A stretch of 64,000 nt of DNA from NCBI GenBank assembly GCA_963790475.1, contig CAWBOS010000010.1:576001-640000 (forward strand). The letters are read 5' to 3'. This document shows positions 21,001 to 32,205 of the stretch, in pieces; positions within the stretch are counted from its first letter, which is position 1, and each line of letters starts with the position of its first letter. The position numbers and the translations under genes are program-made. The notes beneath the pieces were generated by a model. That model saw nothing but the letters and a program-made list of their open reading frames with translations. It was not told where the DNA came from and searched no databases. The stretch comes from an uncultured delta proteobacterium (GTDB lineage: Bacteria > Desulfobacterota > RBG-13-43-22).

Positions 21001-22163
21001 CCATGGGTATTACCCAGCACAGCCACGGGACCGATAATGTCAAGGCCCTGGCCGACCTGGCCCTGATCCGCGGGAATGTCGGGGTTCCGGGTACTGGGAT
21101 CAATCCCCTGCGGGGACAGAACAACGTCCAGGGGGCCTGTGACATGGGAGCCCTACCCAATGTTTTTTCCGGCTATCAGAATGTAAGCGATCCGGTGATC
21201 ATTGAAAAAATGGAGAAGGCCTGGGGCGTGCAAGGTCTTTCGAACAAGCCCGGGCTGACTTTGATGGAGATTACCGAGGCGGCCAAGAACAAGAAGGTCC
21301 GCGGCCTTTATATCTTTGGAGAAAATCCGGTGGTTTCCGACCCGGATACGCACCACCTGACCGAGGCCCTTAAGGCCCTGGACTTTTTAGTGGTTCAAGA
21401 CCTCTTTTTAACAGAAACCGCCCAACTGGCCGATGTGGTCTTACCAGGGGCTTCTTTTGCCGAAAAGGAGGGTACCTTCACTAATACCGAGCGGCGAGTT
21501 CAACGGGTACGTCAGGCCATAACTCCTCCCGGTGATGCCAGGCCGGATTGGCAGATCATTGCCGATTTGTCCACCCGGATGGGCCTGCCGATGCGTTATG
21601 AGAATCCGGAGATGATTTTTGAAGAAATACGGTCTGTCACCCCGGCCTATGCCGGAATCACCTATCAACGAATCAACCGGGCAGGGATTCAATGGCCCTG
21701 TCCCACCCTGGAGCACCCGGGGACCCCTCTTCTTCATCAGGGCCAGTTTACCCGGGGACTGGGCAAGTTTCACGCCTTGAACTATATGGGACCCAAAGAA
21801 GTTCCGGATGCCGATTATCCCCTAATTTTAAGCACCGGCCGGGTTCTTTATCACTACCATACCGGGACCATGACCCGAAAAAGCAAGGGTCTGGAAAAGA
21901 TAGCCCCGGAATGCCTGATCGAGATTTCTGCAGCCGATGCCCAGGCGCTGAAGATTGCCGAAGGGGAACGGGTCAAGGTCTTATCGCGCCGCGGAGATCT
22001 GGAGGCCAGAATCAAAATAACCGAACGCTCTCCGCAAGGGACAATCTTTATCCCCTTCCACTATGCGGAAGCCGCAGCCAACCAACTTACCCAGACCGGT
22101 CTGGATCCGGTGGCCAAGATCCCGGAGTTGAAGGTTTGTGCCGTGCGGATTGAAAAAATGTAG
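18040..22163 (+). CDS. Fused 2Fe-2S / GltD-NfnB-like FAD-NADPH module / 4Fe-4S / Mo-W selenocysteine formate dehydrogenase alpha; +1 frameshifts near 18676 and 19007; Sec TGA at 20532-20534
   Basis: IPTLC..CRIC, CPAG.DI, GRVCPH.CE, GGGPGG, GDGNTG..YRRS, CxxCxxC, TC.YCGVGC, DHCARL-TGA-HS, LRGQNNVQG, DPVAKIPELK. Confidence 0.88.
20535..20577 (+). promoter_or_regulatory. Bacterial SECIS element
   Basis: Upper stem ccgtagcc/ggctgcgg with loop ggtct, 10 nt after the in-frame TGA; lower stem cactcca/tggaagtg. Confidence 0.85.
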
Positions 22164-22176
22164 AAGAATAAAATCT

Positions 22177-22308
22177 GACAAGTTCGTAAAAAGTCGCCGG
22201 AAGCCCGAAGTCGTCATTCTGGCGAAAGCCGGAATCCAGTGCTTTTAAGTAGTTATAATCTCCTGGACCCCGGCTTTCTCCGGGGTGACGACTTTTTACG
22301 AAGCCATC
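22177..22308. mobile_element. 132-bp MITE carrying a REP-like core
   Basis: TIRs gacaagttcgtaaaaagtcg / cgactttttacgaagccatc; 6-bp direct repeat AAATCT at 22171-22176 and 22309-22314. Confidence 0.75.
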
Positions 22309-22423
22309 AAATCTATGCTCCCATGTTAAACGCAGAGAGGAACTGATTTTATTTTTGATCGGACTCTGCGGTTCGCTTCTCATTAATGAAAAATAGAGCG
22401 GACCCTGATGAGCATCGAACCCT

Positions 22424-22466
22424 AAAAAGGCCTATAGGGGCAGAATCCGCACCCATGGGCCTTTTT
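22424..22466. terminator. Bidirectional intrinsic-terminator-like hairpin upstream of mnmG
   Basis: aaaaaggcctat...atgggccttttt. Confidence 0.55.
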
Positions 22467-22503
22467 AATTTTCCATAAATCAGAAAAGAAATAGAATTAG
22501 CTT

Positions 22504-24390
22504 ATGAACAGCACTGATTCCTCAGATAACCGCTATGATGTGATCGTCGTCGGCGCCGGCCATGCCGGGTGCGAAGCGGCCTTGGCCGCGGCCCGGATGG
22601 GTTGTCACACCCTTCTCCTGACGATCAATATCGATCATATCGGGGCCATGTCCTGCAATCCGGCTGTGGGAGGCTTGGCCAAAGGCCAACTGGTCAAAGA
22701 GATCGACGCTTTGGGCGGTGAAATGGCCAGAAATATCGATGCCACCGGTATTCAATTTCGAAAACTGAACACCCAAAAGGGACCGGCGGTCTGGTCGTCC
22801 CGAGCCCAGGCCGATATGGACGATTACAAACAACGTCTTCGCTGGGTGGTTGAAAATCAGAAGGGTTTGGATGTCAAACAAGCCATGGTGGATTCACTCT
22901 GGGTGGAGCAGGGGAAAATCAGAGGCCTTCGAACCAGCCTGGGACAAAATTTTCAGGCCGAGGCGATCATCCTGACTACCGGGACTTTTCTGCAGGGGTT
23001 GATTCATATCGGCTTTAATCAGTTTCCTGCCGGCAGGATGGGAGATCCGGCCTCAATGGCCCTGTCGGACTCCTTGAGGTCTTTGGGTCTTCAGCTGGGG
23101 AGACTTAAGACCGGGACGACACCCAGGCTACAGGGAAAAACAATCGATTTCAGTTCATTGATAATTCAAACGGGGGATGTCCCTCCCATTCCTTTTTCTT
23201 TCAGGACTGAATCAATTAGCCAAGCTCAGGTCCCCTGCTTTATGACTTATACCCAACCCGAAACCCATGACCTGATCCGGCGGAATCTGGATCGTTCACC
23301 CCTTTTCAGCGGCCGTATACAGGGGACCGGGGTTCGTTATTGTCCTTCCATTGAAGACAAGATTGTTCGATTTCCCGATAAAATAAGACATCAAATCTTT
23401 TTAGAACCTGAAGGCCGGAAGACCACGGAATATTATCCCAACGGAATTTCAACCAGTCTGCCGGTGGATGTTCAATTGATCATGCTCCGGTCCATTCCCG
23501 GATTGGAGAGGGCTGAAATGGTTCGTCCGGGATATGCGATAGAATATGACTATGTCGATCCCAAGCAGTTGACCCCTACGCTCGAAGTCAAATCTGTGTC
23601 CGGACTTTATCTGGCCGGACAGATCAATGGCACCTCCGGTTATGAAGAGGCCGCTGCCCAGGGCTTGATGGCCGGCATCAATGCCGCCTTAAAAATACAA
23701 GGACGTAACCCTCTTATCCTGACCCGTTCTCAGGCTTACATCGGGGTCCTGATCGATGACCTGGTGACCAAAGGCACCAAAGAACCTTACCGCATGTTTA
23801 CTTCCAGGGCCGAATTCCGTTTGTTGCTGAGAGAGGATAATGCCGATCTTCGCCTAACCGATCTGGGAAGAGAAGTGGGGCTGGTGGATGACGACCGGTA
23901 TCAATATTTTTCCAGAAAAAAACAGGAGATACAAAAGGGCTGGGAACTGCTGACCCAAATCCTGTTTTCCCCGACTGCCGAGACCAATCAGGTGATGATC
24001 AAACTGGGCAGTCAAGCACTTCGAAAACAGATGACCTTAAAGGAGCTTTTACGACGACCGGAACTGAAATGGAAAGATCTTTTTCCCTTATGTCCGGAAT
24101 TGTCTCACATAAAACCCGAGGTGGCTGAGCAACTGGCCATCCAGGCCAGGTATGAAGGCTATTTGGAAAGACAGGAGGAACAAGTAAAACGCTTTGAAAA
24201 AAATGAACAAATCCTGATTCCCGATCAGTTTGAATACCAAAATCTTTCCGGTCTATCCAATGAAATCAAGGAAAAATTGAAAAATATCCGCCCCGGAACC
24301 TTAGGCCAGGCCTCCCGGATTTCCGGAGTGACCCCGGCGGCCATTACCATTTTGCAAATTCATATAAAAAAAATGAACAAAAACACTTGA
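22504..24390 (+). CDS. mnmG: tRNA uridine-5-carboxymethylaminomethyl modification enzyme
   Basis: [62 protein letters not shown]. Confidence 0.97.
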   Translation: MNSTDSSDNRYDVIVVGAGHAGCEAALAAARMGCHTLLLTINIDHIGAMSCNPAVGGLAKGQLVKEIDALGGEMARNIDATGIQFRKLNTQKGPAVWSSRAQADMDDYKQRLRWVVENQKGLDVKQAMVDSLWVEQGKIRGLRTSLGQNFQAEAIILTTGTFLQGLIHIGFNQFPAGRMGDPASMALSDSLRSLGLQLGRLKTGTTPRLQGKTIDFSSLIIQTGDVPPIPFSFRTESISQAQVPCFMTYTQPETHDLIRRNLDRSPLFSGRIQGTGVRYCPSIEDKIVRFPDKIRHQIFLEPEGRKTTEYYPNGISTSLPVDVQLIMLRSIPGLERAEMVRPGYAIEYDYVDPKQLTPTLEVKSVSGLYLAGQINGTSGYEEAAAQGLMAGINAALKIQGRNPLILTRSQAYIGVLIDDLVTKGTKEPYRMFTSRAEFRLLLREDNADLRLTDLGREVGLVDDDRYQYFSRKKQEIQKGWELLTQILFSPTAETNQVMIKLGSQALRKQMTLKELLRRPELKWKDLFPLCPELSHIKPEVAEQLAIQARYEGYLERQEEQVKRFEKNEQILIPDQFEYQNLSGLSNEIKEKLKNIRPGTLGQASRISGVTPAAITILQIHIKKMNKNT

Positions 24391-24525
24391 CAAGGTCATT
24401 TCCTTGGAGCATATTAAATTCCATTTTAAATTAGATGGGTTATGTTAAAATTGACGTTGCTTGAAAAATTTTCCGGAAAAAGGTTTTAAACGATTAAGGT
24501 TCTGAATGAGAAAAGGAGAGAGATT

Positions 24526-24810
24526 ATGGCCCTGACCAAAGAAAAGATTATCGCCACCATCTATGAGAAAATCGGTTTCAGCAAAAGTCAATCCAGAGAT
24601 GTAGTGGAGCAATTGTTGGAAATTATGAAAAAATCCCTGGCCAGTGAAGAAAATATTCTCATCAGCGGATTTGGTAAGTTTGTAGTCAAAAGAAAACGGG
24701 CCAGACGAGGCCGGAATCCTCAGACCAACAAGGATTTGCAGCTGAAGGCCAGGAGAGTAGTGGTCTTTAAAACCTCAGGCGTGTTACGAAAAAAGGTCAA
24801 TGCCGGTTAA
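24526..24810 (+). CDS. ihfA: Integration host factor alpha subunit
   Basis: MALTK, ISGFGKF.V..K..R.GRNPQT, RRVV.FK.S. Confidence 0.88.
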   Translation: MALTKEKIIATIYEKIGFSKSQSRDVVEQLLEIMKKSLASEENILISGFGKFVVKRKRARRGRNPQTNKDLQLKARRVVVFKTSGVLRKKVNAG

Positions 24811-24867
24811 TTATTAGCGAAGGGTAACCATTCTTTTATTCAATAGAAATAAAGATAGATGTCCTGG

Positions 24868-25698
24868 TTAATCGGCCACCACCAGGGCTTGAGAAAATCC
24901 TTTACCCTCTAATTGTTTTTGTAAACGTAGGGCCTCCTGCAGTTCCGGACAATGAGCCAGTCGGACCCGGAAAAAGGTTTCTCCGGAACGAACCGTTTCT
25001 GAAACTTCTACCTGCGGATACTCTTTCTGCAAACTCTCTTTTAATACCGATGCTTTTTGGAGATCTTTGAAGGCCCCGATCTGGACCGAAAAATCCCCCT
25101 TTTGGAAATCGACCTGCTGGACCAGGCGAGTGACTTTCTTTCCGTCTTCTTCAACTTCCTCCAGAATACCCAGGGCCTCTAATTCAATCCTGGCGGTACC
25201 CGGACCGACGAGTCCTAATTCCTTGGCCCCGCTGTAGGAAAGGTCCAGGATGCGGTCTTTTAGAAATGGACCCCGGTCGTTGATTCTTACCAGAATTTCT
25301 TTTTTATTGGCCGGGTTTTTGACACGTATCTGGGTATTAAAGGGCAATATCCGATGGGCCGCGGTATACCCGAATTGGTCGTAAGTCTCTCCGGAGGAGG
25401 TCGGTTTTCCATGGAAATCAGGCCCGTACCAGGAGCAAATTCCTTGTTCCTTGAACTCGGCCACTGAAGCCACAGGGAAATACCACTTTCCATTGACGGC
25501 ATAAGGTCTTTCTTTGCGTTCTGATTTCTTAGCGGACGCAGTGGGAGTTTTCTTGACTGCGGGGGGTGTTTTGGCCGCTGCCGGTGGGGGGGGTGAAACA
25601 GGGCTGGGGGAAGAGGGAATGATAATCGTCTTGGAGCATCCGGTAATTGCAAAAATAAAAAAGCTGAAAAAGGATAAAAATATAAGCCGCTGACTCAT
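24868..25698 (-). CDS. rlpA: Septal ring lytic transglycosylase RlpA lipoprotein with SPOR domain
   Basis: Lipobox ITGC, SWYG..FHGK.T.SGE, TAAH..LP, RINDRGPF, VQIGAF. Confidence 0.92.
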   Translation of the reverse strand: MSQRLIFLSFFSFFIFAITGCSKTIIIPSSPSPVSPPPPAAAKTPPAVKKTPTASAKKSERKERPYAVNGKWYFPVASVAEFKEQGICSWYGPDFHGKPTSSGETYDQFGYTAAHRILPFNTQIRVKNPANKKEILVRINDRGPFLKDRILDLSYSGAKELGLVGPGTARIELEALGILEEVEEDGKKVTRLVQQVDFQKGDFSVQIGAFKDLQKASVLKESLQKEYPQVEVSETVRSGETFFRVRLAHCPELQEALRLQKQLEGKGFSQALVVAD

Positions 25699-25877
25699 GT
25701 ATAATATCATAACAAATCTAAAGCGGTGAAAACAACCCCTTTTTTTTCTTGACCGGGGATAGTTCATTCTATAACTATAATGTAACTATATAATAGTTAA
25801 TATGTAATCATCCGCCGCTAATTAAATAGGTCCGGTATCTTCCTTCGTCAGTCTTCTCTTAAATCTGCAATCTGAAA

Positions 25878-26774
25878 TCACAGGGGTTCTTCAATCCCGA
25901 ATTTCCTCAAGAACCTGGGGTCCTTACTCCAGTCCTTTTCCACTCGGACCCATAACTCCAAAAAGACCTTGGACCCTAACAAGATCTCCATATCCTCCCG
26001 GGCCTGCTGGCCGATAGTCTTCAGCATTTTCCCTTGTTTCCCGATCAGGATTCCCTTCTGAGAAGTGCGTTCCACATGGATTGTGGCCTGGATATCGATG
26101 ATGGGTTTGTCTTCCCGTTCTTTAAATGTTTCGATGGTCACAGCGACCCCATAAGGGACTTCCTGGGAGATCAGGCGAAAGACCTTTTCGCGGATCAATT
26201 CCGCTACCAGAAACCGTTCCGATAGGTCGGTCACCATATCCTCAGGAAAATAGGGGGGGCCTTCCGGAAGAGTTTGGCCGATGCAATTCTCCAGGACATC
26301 GAGTCCTTCTCCGGTCAAGGCCGAGACAGGAATGATTTCCTTGAAAGGGAACGATTGAGAAGCCTGGTCAATCAGGGGGAGCAGGTTTCTCCGATCAATC
26401 AGATCGATTTTATTGATGGCCAGAAAAACAGGGGCTTTCACTTTGCTCAACCGGGATCGGAGATCATCGGGAATCAGAGGACGAGCTGAAAAAGGTTCAA
26501 TCAGCAGGATAATCAGGTTGACATCGGACAGGGATTTTAGAGAAATTTGGATAATCGTTTTATTCAAAAGCCCTTTGGGTTCCAGGATTCCTGGGGTGTC
26601 CAGGAAGATAAATTGGCCTTCCGGAACATGTTTGATGCCCAGGATACGGTTCCGGGTGGTTTGAGGGCGGGAGGAAACGATAGAAATTTTTTGTCCCAAC
26701 AGGGCGTTGAGCAGGGTCGATTTGCCTACATTGGGGGCCCCGATCAGGGCAATGAATCCGGATTTAAAGGACAT
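25878..26774 (-). CDS. era: GTPase Era
   Basis: FKSGFIALIG.PNVGKSTL, PQTTR, DTPG, NKID, IGKQG KH domain. Confidence 0.96.
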   Translation of the reverse strand: MSFKSGFIALIGAPNVGKSTLLNALLGQKISIVSSRPQTTRNRILGIKHVPEGQFIFLDTPGILEPKGLLNKTIIQISLKSLSDVNLIILLIEPFSARPLIPDDLRSRLSKVKAPVFLAINKIDLIDRRNLLPLIDQASQSFPFKEIIPVSALTGEGLDVLENCIGQTLPEGPPYFPEDMVTDLSERFLVAELIREKVFRLISQEVPYGVAVTIETFKEREDKPIIDIQATIHVERTSQKGILIGKQGKMLKTIGQQAREDMEILLGSKVFLELWVRVEKDWSKDPRFLRKFGIEEPL

Positions 26775-26805
26775 GAGGTTCTTTCTTGGTAACTTTAGTT
26801 GATTT

Positions 26806-27484
26806 AGAAACCCCCGCCCTAAGGGCGGGGTCATGTGGACTGGCTATGCCGGTCCCGAATGGGCTTGGCTGAAAGCCCACCCACTGCTATTTTTTCCATC
26901 GAGTTGTTGCCGCAACATCGAAAGAAAGGAGATAGCAGTGAGTAGATTCCGAAAATTATCACATACCATATGGCATTGTCAGTATCATATTGTCTGGGTT
27001 CCGAAATATCGCTATCAGATATTGGCTGGGAACATCGGGGAAACGATGGCCAGCGGGATCCAAGCGATTTGCGGGTATGCGGGTTGTGAAGTTAACGAGT
27101 TGAATGTTCAAAAGGATCATATTCATCTGGTAGCCATGGTTCCGCCCGAAGTATCGATATCGGACTTGATGGGGCGGGTCAAGGGTCAGACATCGATGAA
27201 AATGTTTAACCAGTATCGGCAGTTGCGGAAGAAGCCGTATTGGGGTAATCATTTTTGGACCCCGGGGTATTGTGTGGATACCGTTGGAATGGATGAGGAA
27301 CTGATCCGGAAGTATGTCCGGTATCAAGAGGAAAAAGAAAAACAGTTCGAACAATTGCACTTGAATTTGTAGATCATCCATAACGCGGCACAACTCGGAA
27401 GCCCTGCCTCCTCAGGGGGCAGGGCCATTGCCCCCCTATGGGGGGCCCAGTTAAAGCCACGCCCTATGGGCGTGGATTATTTAC
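26806..27484 (+). mobile_element. IS200/IS605-family element (tnpA only)
   Basis: Subterminal hairpins ccccgccc-taa-gggcgggg and ccacgccc-tat-gggcgtgg flank tnpA; ends approximate. Confidence 0.8.
26938..27372 (+). CDS. tnpA: IS200 Y1 (HUH) transposase
   Basis: YHIVWVPKYR, DHIH, FW..GY.V.TVG, IRKYV.YQ; GTG start after GGAG. Confidence 0.93.
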   Translation: MSRFRKLSHTIWHCQYHIVWVPKYRYQILAGNIGETMASGIQAICGYAGCEVNELNVQKDHIHLVAMVPPEVSISDLMGRVKGQTSMKMFNQYRQLRKKPYWGNHFWTPGYCVDTVGMDEELIRKYVRYQEEKEKQFEQLHLNL

Positions 27485-27509
27485 GTGTTTAACAAATCCT
27501 TCAAAGGTT

Positions 27510-27821
27510 TCACATTTTTCGTTCACCGGATTCATGATGATCGCAATTGCGAAGAGCAATCGTTCCCGGTTCAGGTCCATACTCAAAGGTAATTCTCAAG
27601 GTTATGGAGGCATAAGCAATGAATACATCATTCCCCCCGACCGAATATTTGGCCGACACATTCTTTGCCTTATGAATCTTAAGAGAGGGATGGCGGGGAT
27701 TGCCGGCCAGATATTCCACGGCTTTGTCGATTACCTTCCGTTCTTTGGGAGACAAAACCGCATAGCTCTCCAGAAAAAAGGGTTCAAAATACAACTGAAA
27801 CGGAGGGGGTTTGGCGGGCAT
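27510..27821 (-). CDS. RelE/ParE-superfamily toxin
   Basis: F..SY..L, NPRHPSLKIHK, LRITFE, LRN..H. Confidence 0.7.
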   Translation of the reverse strand: MPAKPPPFQLYFEPFFLESYAVLSPKERKVIDKAVEYLAGNPRHPSLKIHKAKNVSAKYSVGGNDVFIAYASITLRITFEYGPEPGTIALRNCDHHESGERKM

Positions 27822-27827
27822 CGATGA

Positions 27828-28103
27828 TTATTTTCTAAACTTTTTCAAGGCGTCCAGGGTGGAAGCGGCTCTTATCCCTTTGCGGGTATCCTGGTTTACC
27901 TTCTGTTCTTTTTGTTCCCATTCTGGAGGGAGTTTTTCTCCGGGGAGATCAGACATCTCCGGGTATTTACGAACGGTTCTGACGGGATAAAGTATGATTT
28001 GTTCCCCGTCGATAAGATATTCAAACAAAGGTTCTTTGCGAAAAGAGGCGGGAAGGGTAACTCTACCCCGATTGTCGGTTTTTAGCAGATTGATTTCGGA
28101 CAT
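27828..28103 (-). CDS. AbrB-like antitoxin
   Basis: TD.RGRVTLP..FR; directly upstream of the toxin. Confidence 0.65.
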   Translation of the reverse strand: MSEINLLKTDNRGRVTLPASFRKEPLFEYLIDGEQIILYPVRTVRKYPEMSDLPGEKLPPEWEQKEQKVNQDTRKGIRAASTLDALKKFRK

Positions 28104-28591
28104 GGGTTGTTCTCCTGGATAATTATTGAGTCGGCTGTTATTATAATCCCATTGGTTACAATTGTCAATATTGGGAAATGTAAAATTGTCCCGTCAAGCT
28201 TTTAAAAGATTTCTGAAAGATTGAATGTTTCCTGGTGGTCTTTGAAGCCAGCCGTCAGCTCATGACCTCGCCATTAAACAAAATGAAAAATTGGGTTTGT
28301 GACGTTGGGTAGGAGGACTTGATAAAAAGAGGAGGGCAAAGGGAATCGACAGGTACCTGCCGATGGGGTTTTTCAAGGGAAATTAATATTTTTGTTGACA
28401 ACTCCAACAGATATTCACAAGATACTTTCTGATAACTTTTCAGCTTTTTTTTCATTGATCCAATTCTTTAGTCTTTAGCTTTTCCAAGTTTAAAAGGAGT
28501 AATTAACCTATCCTTAAAAGTCCTTCCTGACTCTGTGGTGAAGGAGGATTATAGATTTCGCAAGAAAGGTTAATTCATGAAGCAGTGTAAT

Positions 28592-28628
28592 AAGACCCCA
28601 TTTTTTGAAAAAGAAGATGGGGTTTTTG
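28592..28628 (+). terminator. Intrinsic-terminator-like hairpin
   Basis: aagaccccat...atggggttttt. Confidence 0.5.
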
Positions 28629-28726
28629 TTTTAGATTGGAAGATAATATGCTATCTTACTGAAAGTAATTTTAAAATTATGGGTCTCCTTTAAGCTTACC
28701 ATCATACACTTCTATCTGGGAAACTG

Positions 28727-31700
28727 ATGACAATCAAAGAAGGCCAAATTCTAATTGGCTCCTTGTTCCATGAACCCATGCGGGTGGAGACCTTCCGTTC
28801 CTGTGGTAACGACACCTGGATTATTGGTTTGGTGGGAACCAGATCCGAACGATTTCGAAGTGTTACCCTGACCAAAAAAGACTTAGAGGGGCTGAAGATC
28901 CTTGACTCCCTCCCGACCTTTGATGGAGATGGCCGTCTACTGCGACTTGGCTTACAGGCCTACTCACTTGGGATTGCCTGGGAATTTGATCCGTTTTTTG
29001 GCCTTTCCATTTCCCGGGTTGACCCACTTCCCCATCAGTTGGCCGCCGTTTATGATTATCTCCTAAAACCCGCCCGAGTGCGTTTTCTCTTGGCCGATGA
29101 CGCCGGGGCCGGGAAAACCATCATGGCTGGGTTATTGATTCGGGAACTTAAACTTCGCGGGTTGGCCGAACGAATTTTGATTGTCTCTCCAGCCAATCTG
29201 GCCTTCCAGTGGCAGCGTGAGCTTAAGGAAAAATTCGACGAAAAATTTCTGGTCCTAAAAGGAAATGATATCCGAGATCAGTTTGGTGTTAACCAGTGGA
29301 TGGAACAAAACCAGGTCATCACCTCTCTGGATCTGGCCAAAAGGGAAGATATCCTTCCGGGCCTTCGTCAAGTCCATTGGGATCTGGTTATTATTGATGA
29401 AGCCCACCGATTGTCCTGGTCGCCGCCATCCGGAAAAACCGCCCGCTATGCCCTGGGGGAATTATTAAGGGATTCTTCCGACCACTATCTTTTGCTTACC
29501 GCCACCCCTCACAAAGGCGATCCTGAGAATTTCTCCCGGTTTCTGCAGCTTTAGGATTCGGATGCCTATGCAGATGTCAGATCGATCCAGGAGGCCATGG
29601 AGCGAAGAAGCGCCCCTTTCTACTTACGGAGAATCAAAGAAGCGATGGTCTATTTTCCGGAACGCCAACCGGACGGCACCTGGATCGCTAAAAAAATATT
29701 TACCAAACGTATCCCCCACACCGTCGATTTTTCCCTTGATGGCGACGAATTCGAACTCTATCGTGACGTCACCCGTTTTGTGAAACGCCAGAGCACCATA
29801 GCCGCTGCCCAAGGAGAGGACCCCCGGGCGCGGGCCATTGGCTTCCTCATGTCTCTCTATCAGCGTCGGTTAGCCTCCAGCACCTACGCCTTACGTCATT
29901 CCCTTCAAAATCGAGCCAGACGACTCGAAGAGGGCCTAAGAAATGCTCATGAACTCCTGCGCCAAGCCCCACCCGGTCTTCCTGATCCGGAGGAATTGGA
30001 AGAAATGGAAGAAGGGGAACGAGAACGGTTGGAGAAAATTCTGGAGGCTGTTACCCTCACCGGCAATGCCGATCAGGTTGAAGAAGAAATCAAGGAACTT
30101 CGTCAACTTGCCCATCAGGCCAAGGTCGTAGAAGAAGCCGGTCTTGAGGCAAAATTAACACGCCTCAAAGAACTTCTTCATAAGGAAGGCTTCTTTGCCA
30201 ATCCTGAACAACGACTATTGATTTTCACTGAATTCAAAGACACCCTTGATTATCTGGTTGAGTGTTTTAAGGAATGGAATTTTCAAGTCGGTTTCATCCA
30301 TGGAAGTATGAAGTCAGGCTCCCGAGATGAGCCGGGCACACGCCTTTTTGTCGAACAGCAGTTTAAAGACGGGGCCATTCAGGTTCTGGTGGCCACTGAG
30401 GCAGCCGGGGAGGGGATCAATCTTCAATGCTGCCATATCCTCTTTAACTATGACATCCCCTGGAACCCCAATCGCCTGGAACAGCGCATGGGCCGAATCC
30501 ACCGTTACGGACAGAAACATGACTGCCTGATATTTAACTTTGTGGCCACCAATACAATCGAAGGTCGAATTCTTCAGCGCCTTCAGGAAAAGCTCCAGGA
30601 GATTCGAGACGCCCTGGACGATGATTCTGTTTTTAATGTGGTAGGGGAAGTATTGCCGGCTGCTCATGTTGAACGGGTTTTAAGGGACTATTATGCCGGG
30701 AAGTTGGGAGATATTGATTTGGAGGATAGGCTGCTGCGGAATGTGGACGAAAACCAATTCCGGGCTATTTGTCAAAATGCCCTGGAAGGGTTGGCCACCA
30801 AGAAACTCAATCTGGAAATGCTGATCGAGCGTAAGGCTTTGGCTCAGGAAAAACGTTTGGTCCCGGAGACTATCGCCCGCTTTATTGCCGAAACATCGGG
30901 CTATGCCGACCTTCCTTTTAATCCGGTCCCAACCTTACCACATACCTTTGAGCCGGGAAGAACTCCGGCCCTTTTGCGGCAATATGAAAAAGATCCTGAT
31001 TGGCGGCTTCCTGTCCTGGCCTCCCGCTACCCCCGATGTTCGACAGATAGGGAGACGGCCGATTCAAACCATTTAGAATGGGTTACACCAGGGCACTCTT
31101 TATTCGAGGCCCTTCGCCGACATACCACCCATCTTGCCCGCGAATCCCTGAATAAGGGGGCTTGTTTTTATTCCCTTCAACATGAAAAAGCGGCACGGGT
31201 AGATTTTTACCGGGCCAAGGTGGTTGACGGACTTGGCAAGATCATTCATGAACGCCTCTTTGCCGTGGAAGTCAAAGAAGATGGAGAAACCCTTCTCCGG
31301 GAGCCGACCATTCTTGGAGATTTTACACCCGATTCTCTACCCGATCCTCTGCCTGAGCTTGCAGAGGCCCAAAATACCGTTGATTGGCTGCATACTCAGG
31401 CCCTCTTTCCGTTCCTGGAAGAGGTCCGGTTAGAACGGTCTAAGGAAATCGAGCGTATTGCCGATCATGTGGAACTATCCCTCACTGAACTCCTTCAAAA
31501 GGCCGATGATGAAATCGGCCGGGCAGCCGCCGAAATTGAACAGGGAATTCAGGGCGCGGAAGGTCGTTTAGCCCAAGCCGAAAACCGCCATGCCGATCTG
31601 TCGGCCCGACGGGAAGGTCGGCGAAGAGAATTGGAACAGCAGCGTTCCCTGGCCATTCAAACCGTCGAGCGGATAACCAGTGTTCTTATTTTGCCTCACC

Positions 31701-32143
31701 CGGAAAGGGAAACTCCTGAGGTCCGCCGCTTGCGCCCGAACCTGGAAACCGAGGCCGTGGCCATGCAGGTGGTTTTAGAATTCGAGCAGGGTCAGGGTCG
31801 GCAGGTTTTTGATGTCCATGAAAAGAATTTGGGTTATGACCTCACCAGCCTGGATATTAACTCCGGGGAATTAAGGCTGATCGAGGTAAAGGGGATCGGC
31901 GGGACAACGGGCACGGTCCTTCTTTCCCCTAATGAAAGACGTGTGGCCGAAGACCGTCGGGATTGCTATTGGCTTTATGTGGTAACCGATTGCAATACTA
32001 CCCCAAGACTCCAGGACCCTATTAAAGACCCGGCCCAATTCAAATGGCATGAGGTGTCCAAGGTCCGGCATTATTGGCTGGAAGTAGATGCCATGACTAA
32101 ACCGATGATATTAAAGGAAGAAGTGTCGGTGTATAAACAATAA
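28727..32143 (+). pseudogene. SNF2-family helicase with C-terminal DUF3883 nuclease, broken by in-frame TAG at 29552-29554
   Basis: LADDAGAGKT, DEAH, TATPH, GEGINLQ, EQRMGRIHR, GYDL.S..IEVKG; both ORFs share one frame (FLQL*DSDAY). Confidence 0.85.
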
Positions 32144-32205
32144 TCTATTATTCCGAAGGGCGGTTAAAGAAAATGGTTGACAATTCCGATAATATTATTA
32201 CTGTT

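Noticed and set aside
22364-22423. Hammerhead-like CTGATGAG..CGAA after a hairpin upstream of mnmG
   Set aside because: GAAC instead of GAAA, essentially no stem II, no stem III pairing and no UH cleavage site.
28395-28628. Possible sRNA between a TTGACA motif and a terminator upstream of the helicase
   Set aside because: Weak -10 element and no recognisable structure or family; only the terminator was kept.
29552-29600. Pyrrolysine recoding of the helicase TAG
   Set aside because: No pyl genes in the window, the position reads as a Leu codon mutation, and partner genes are also broken.
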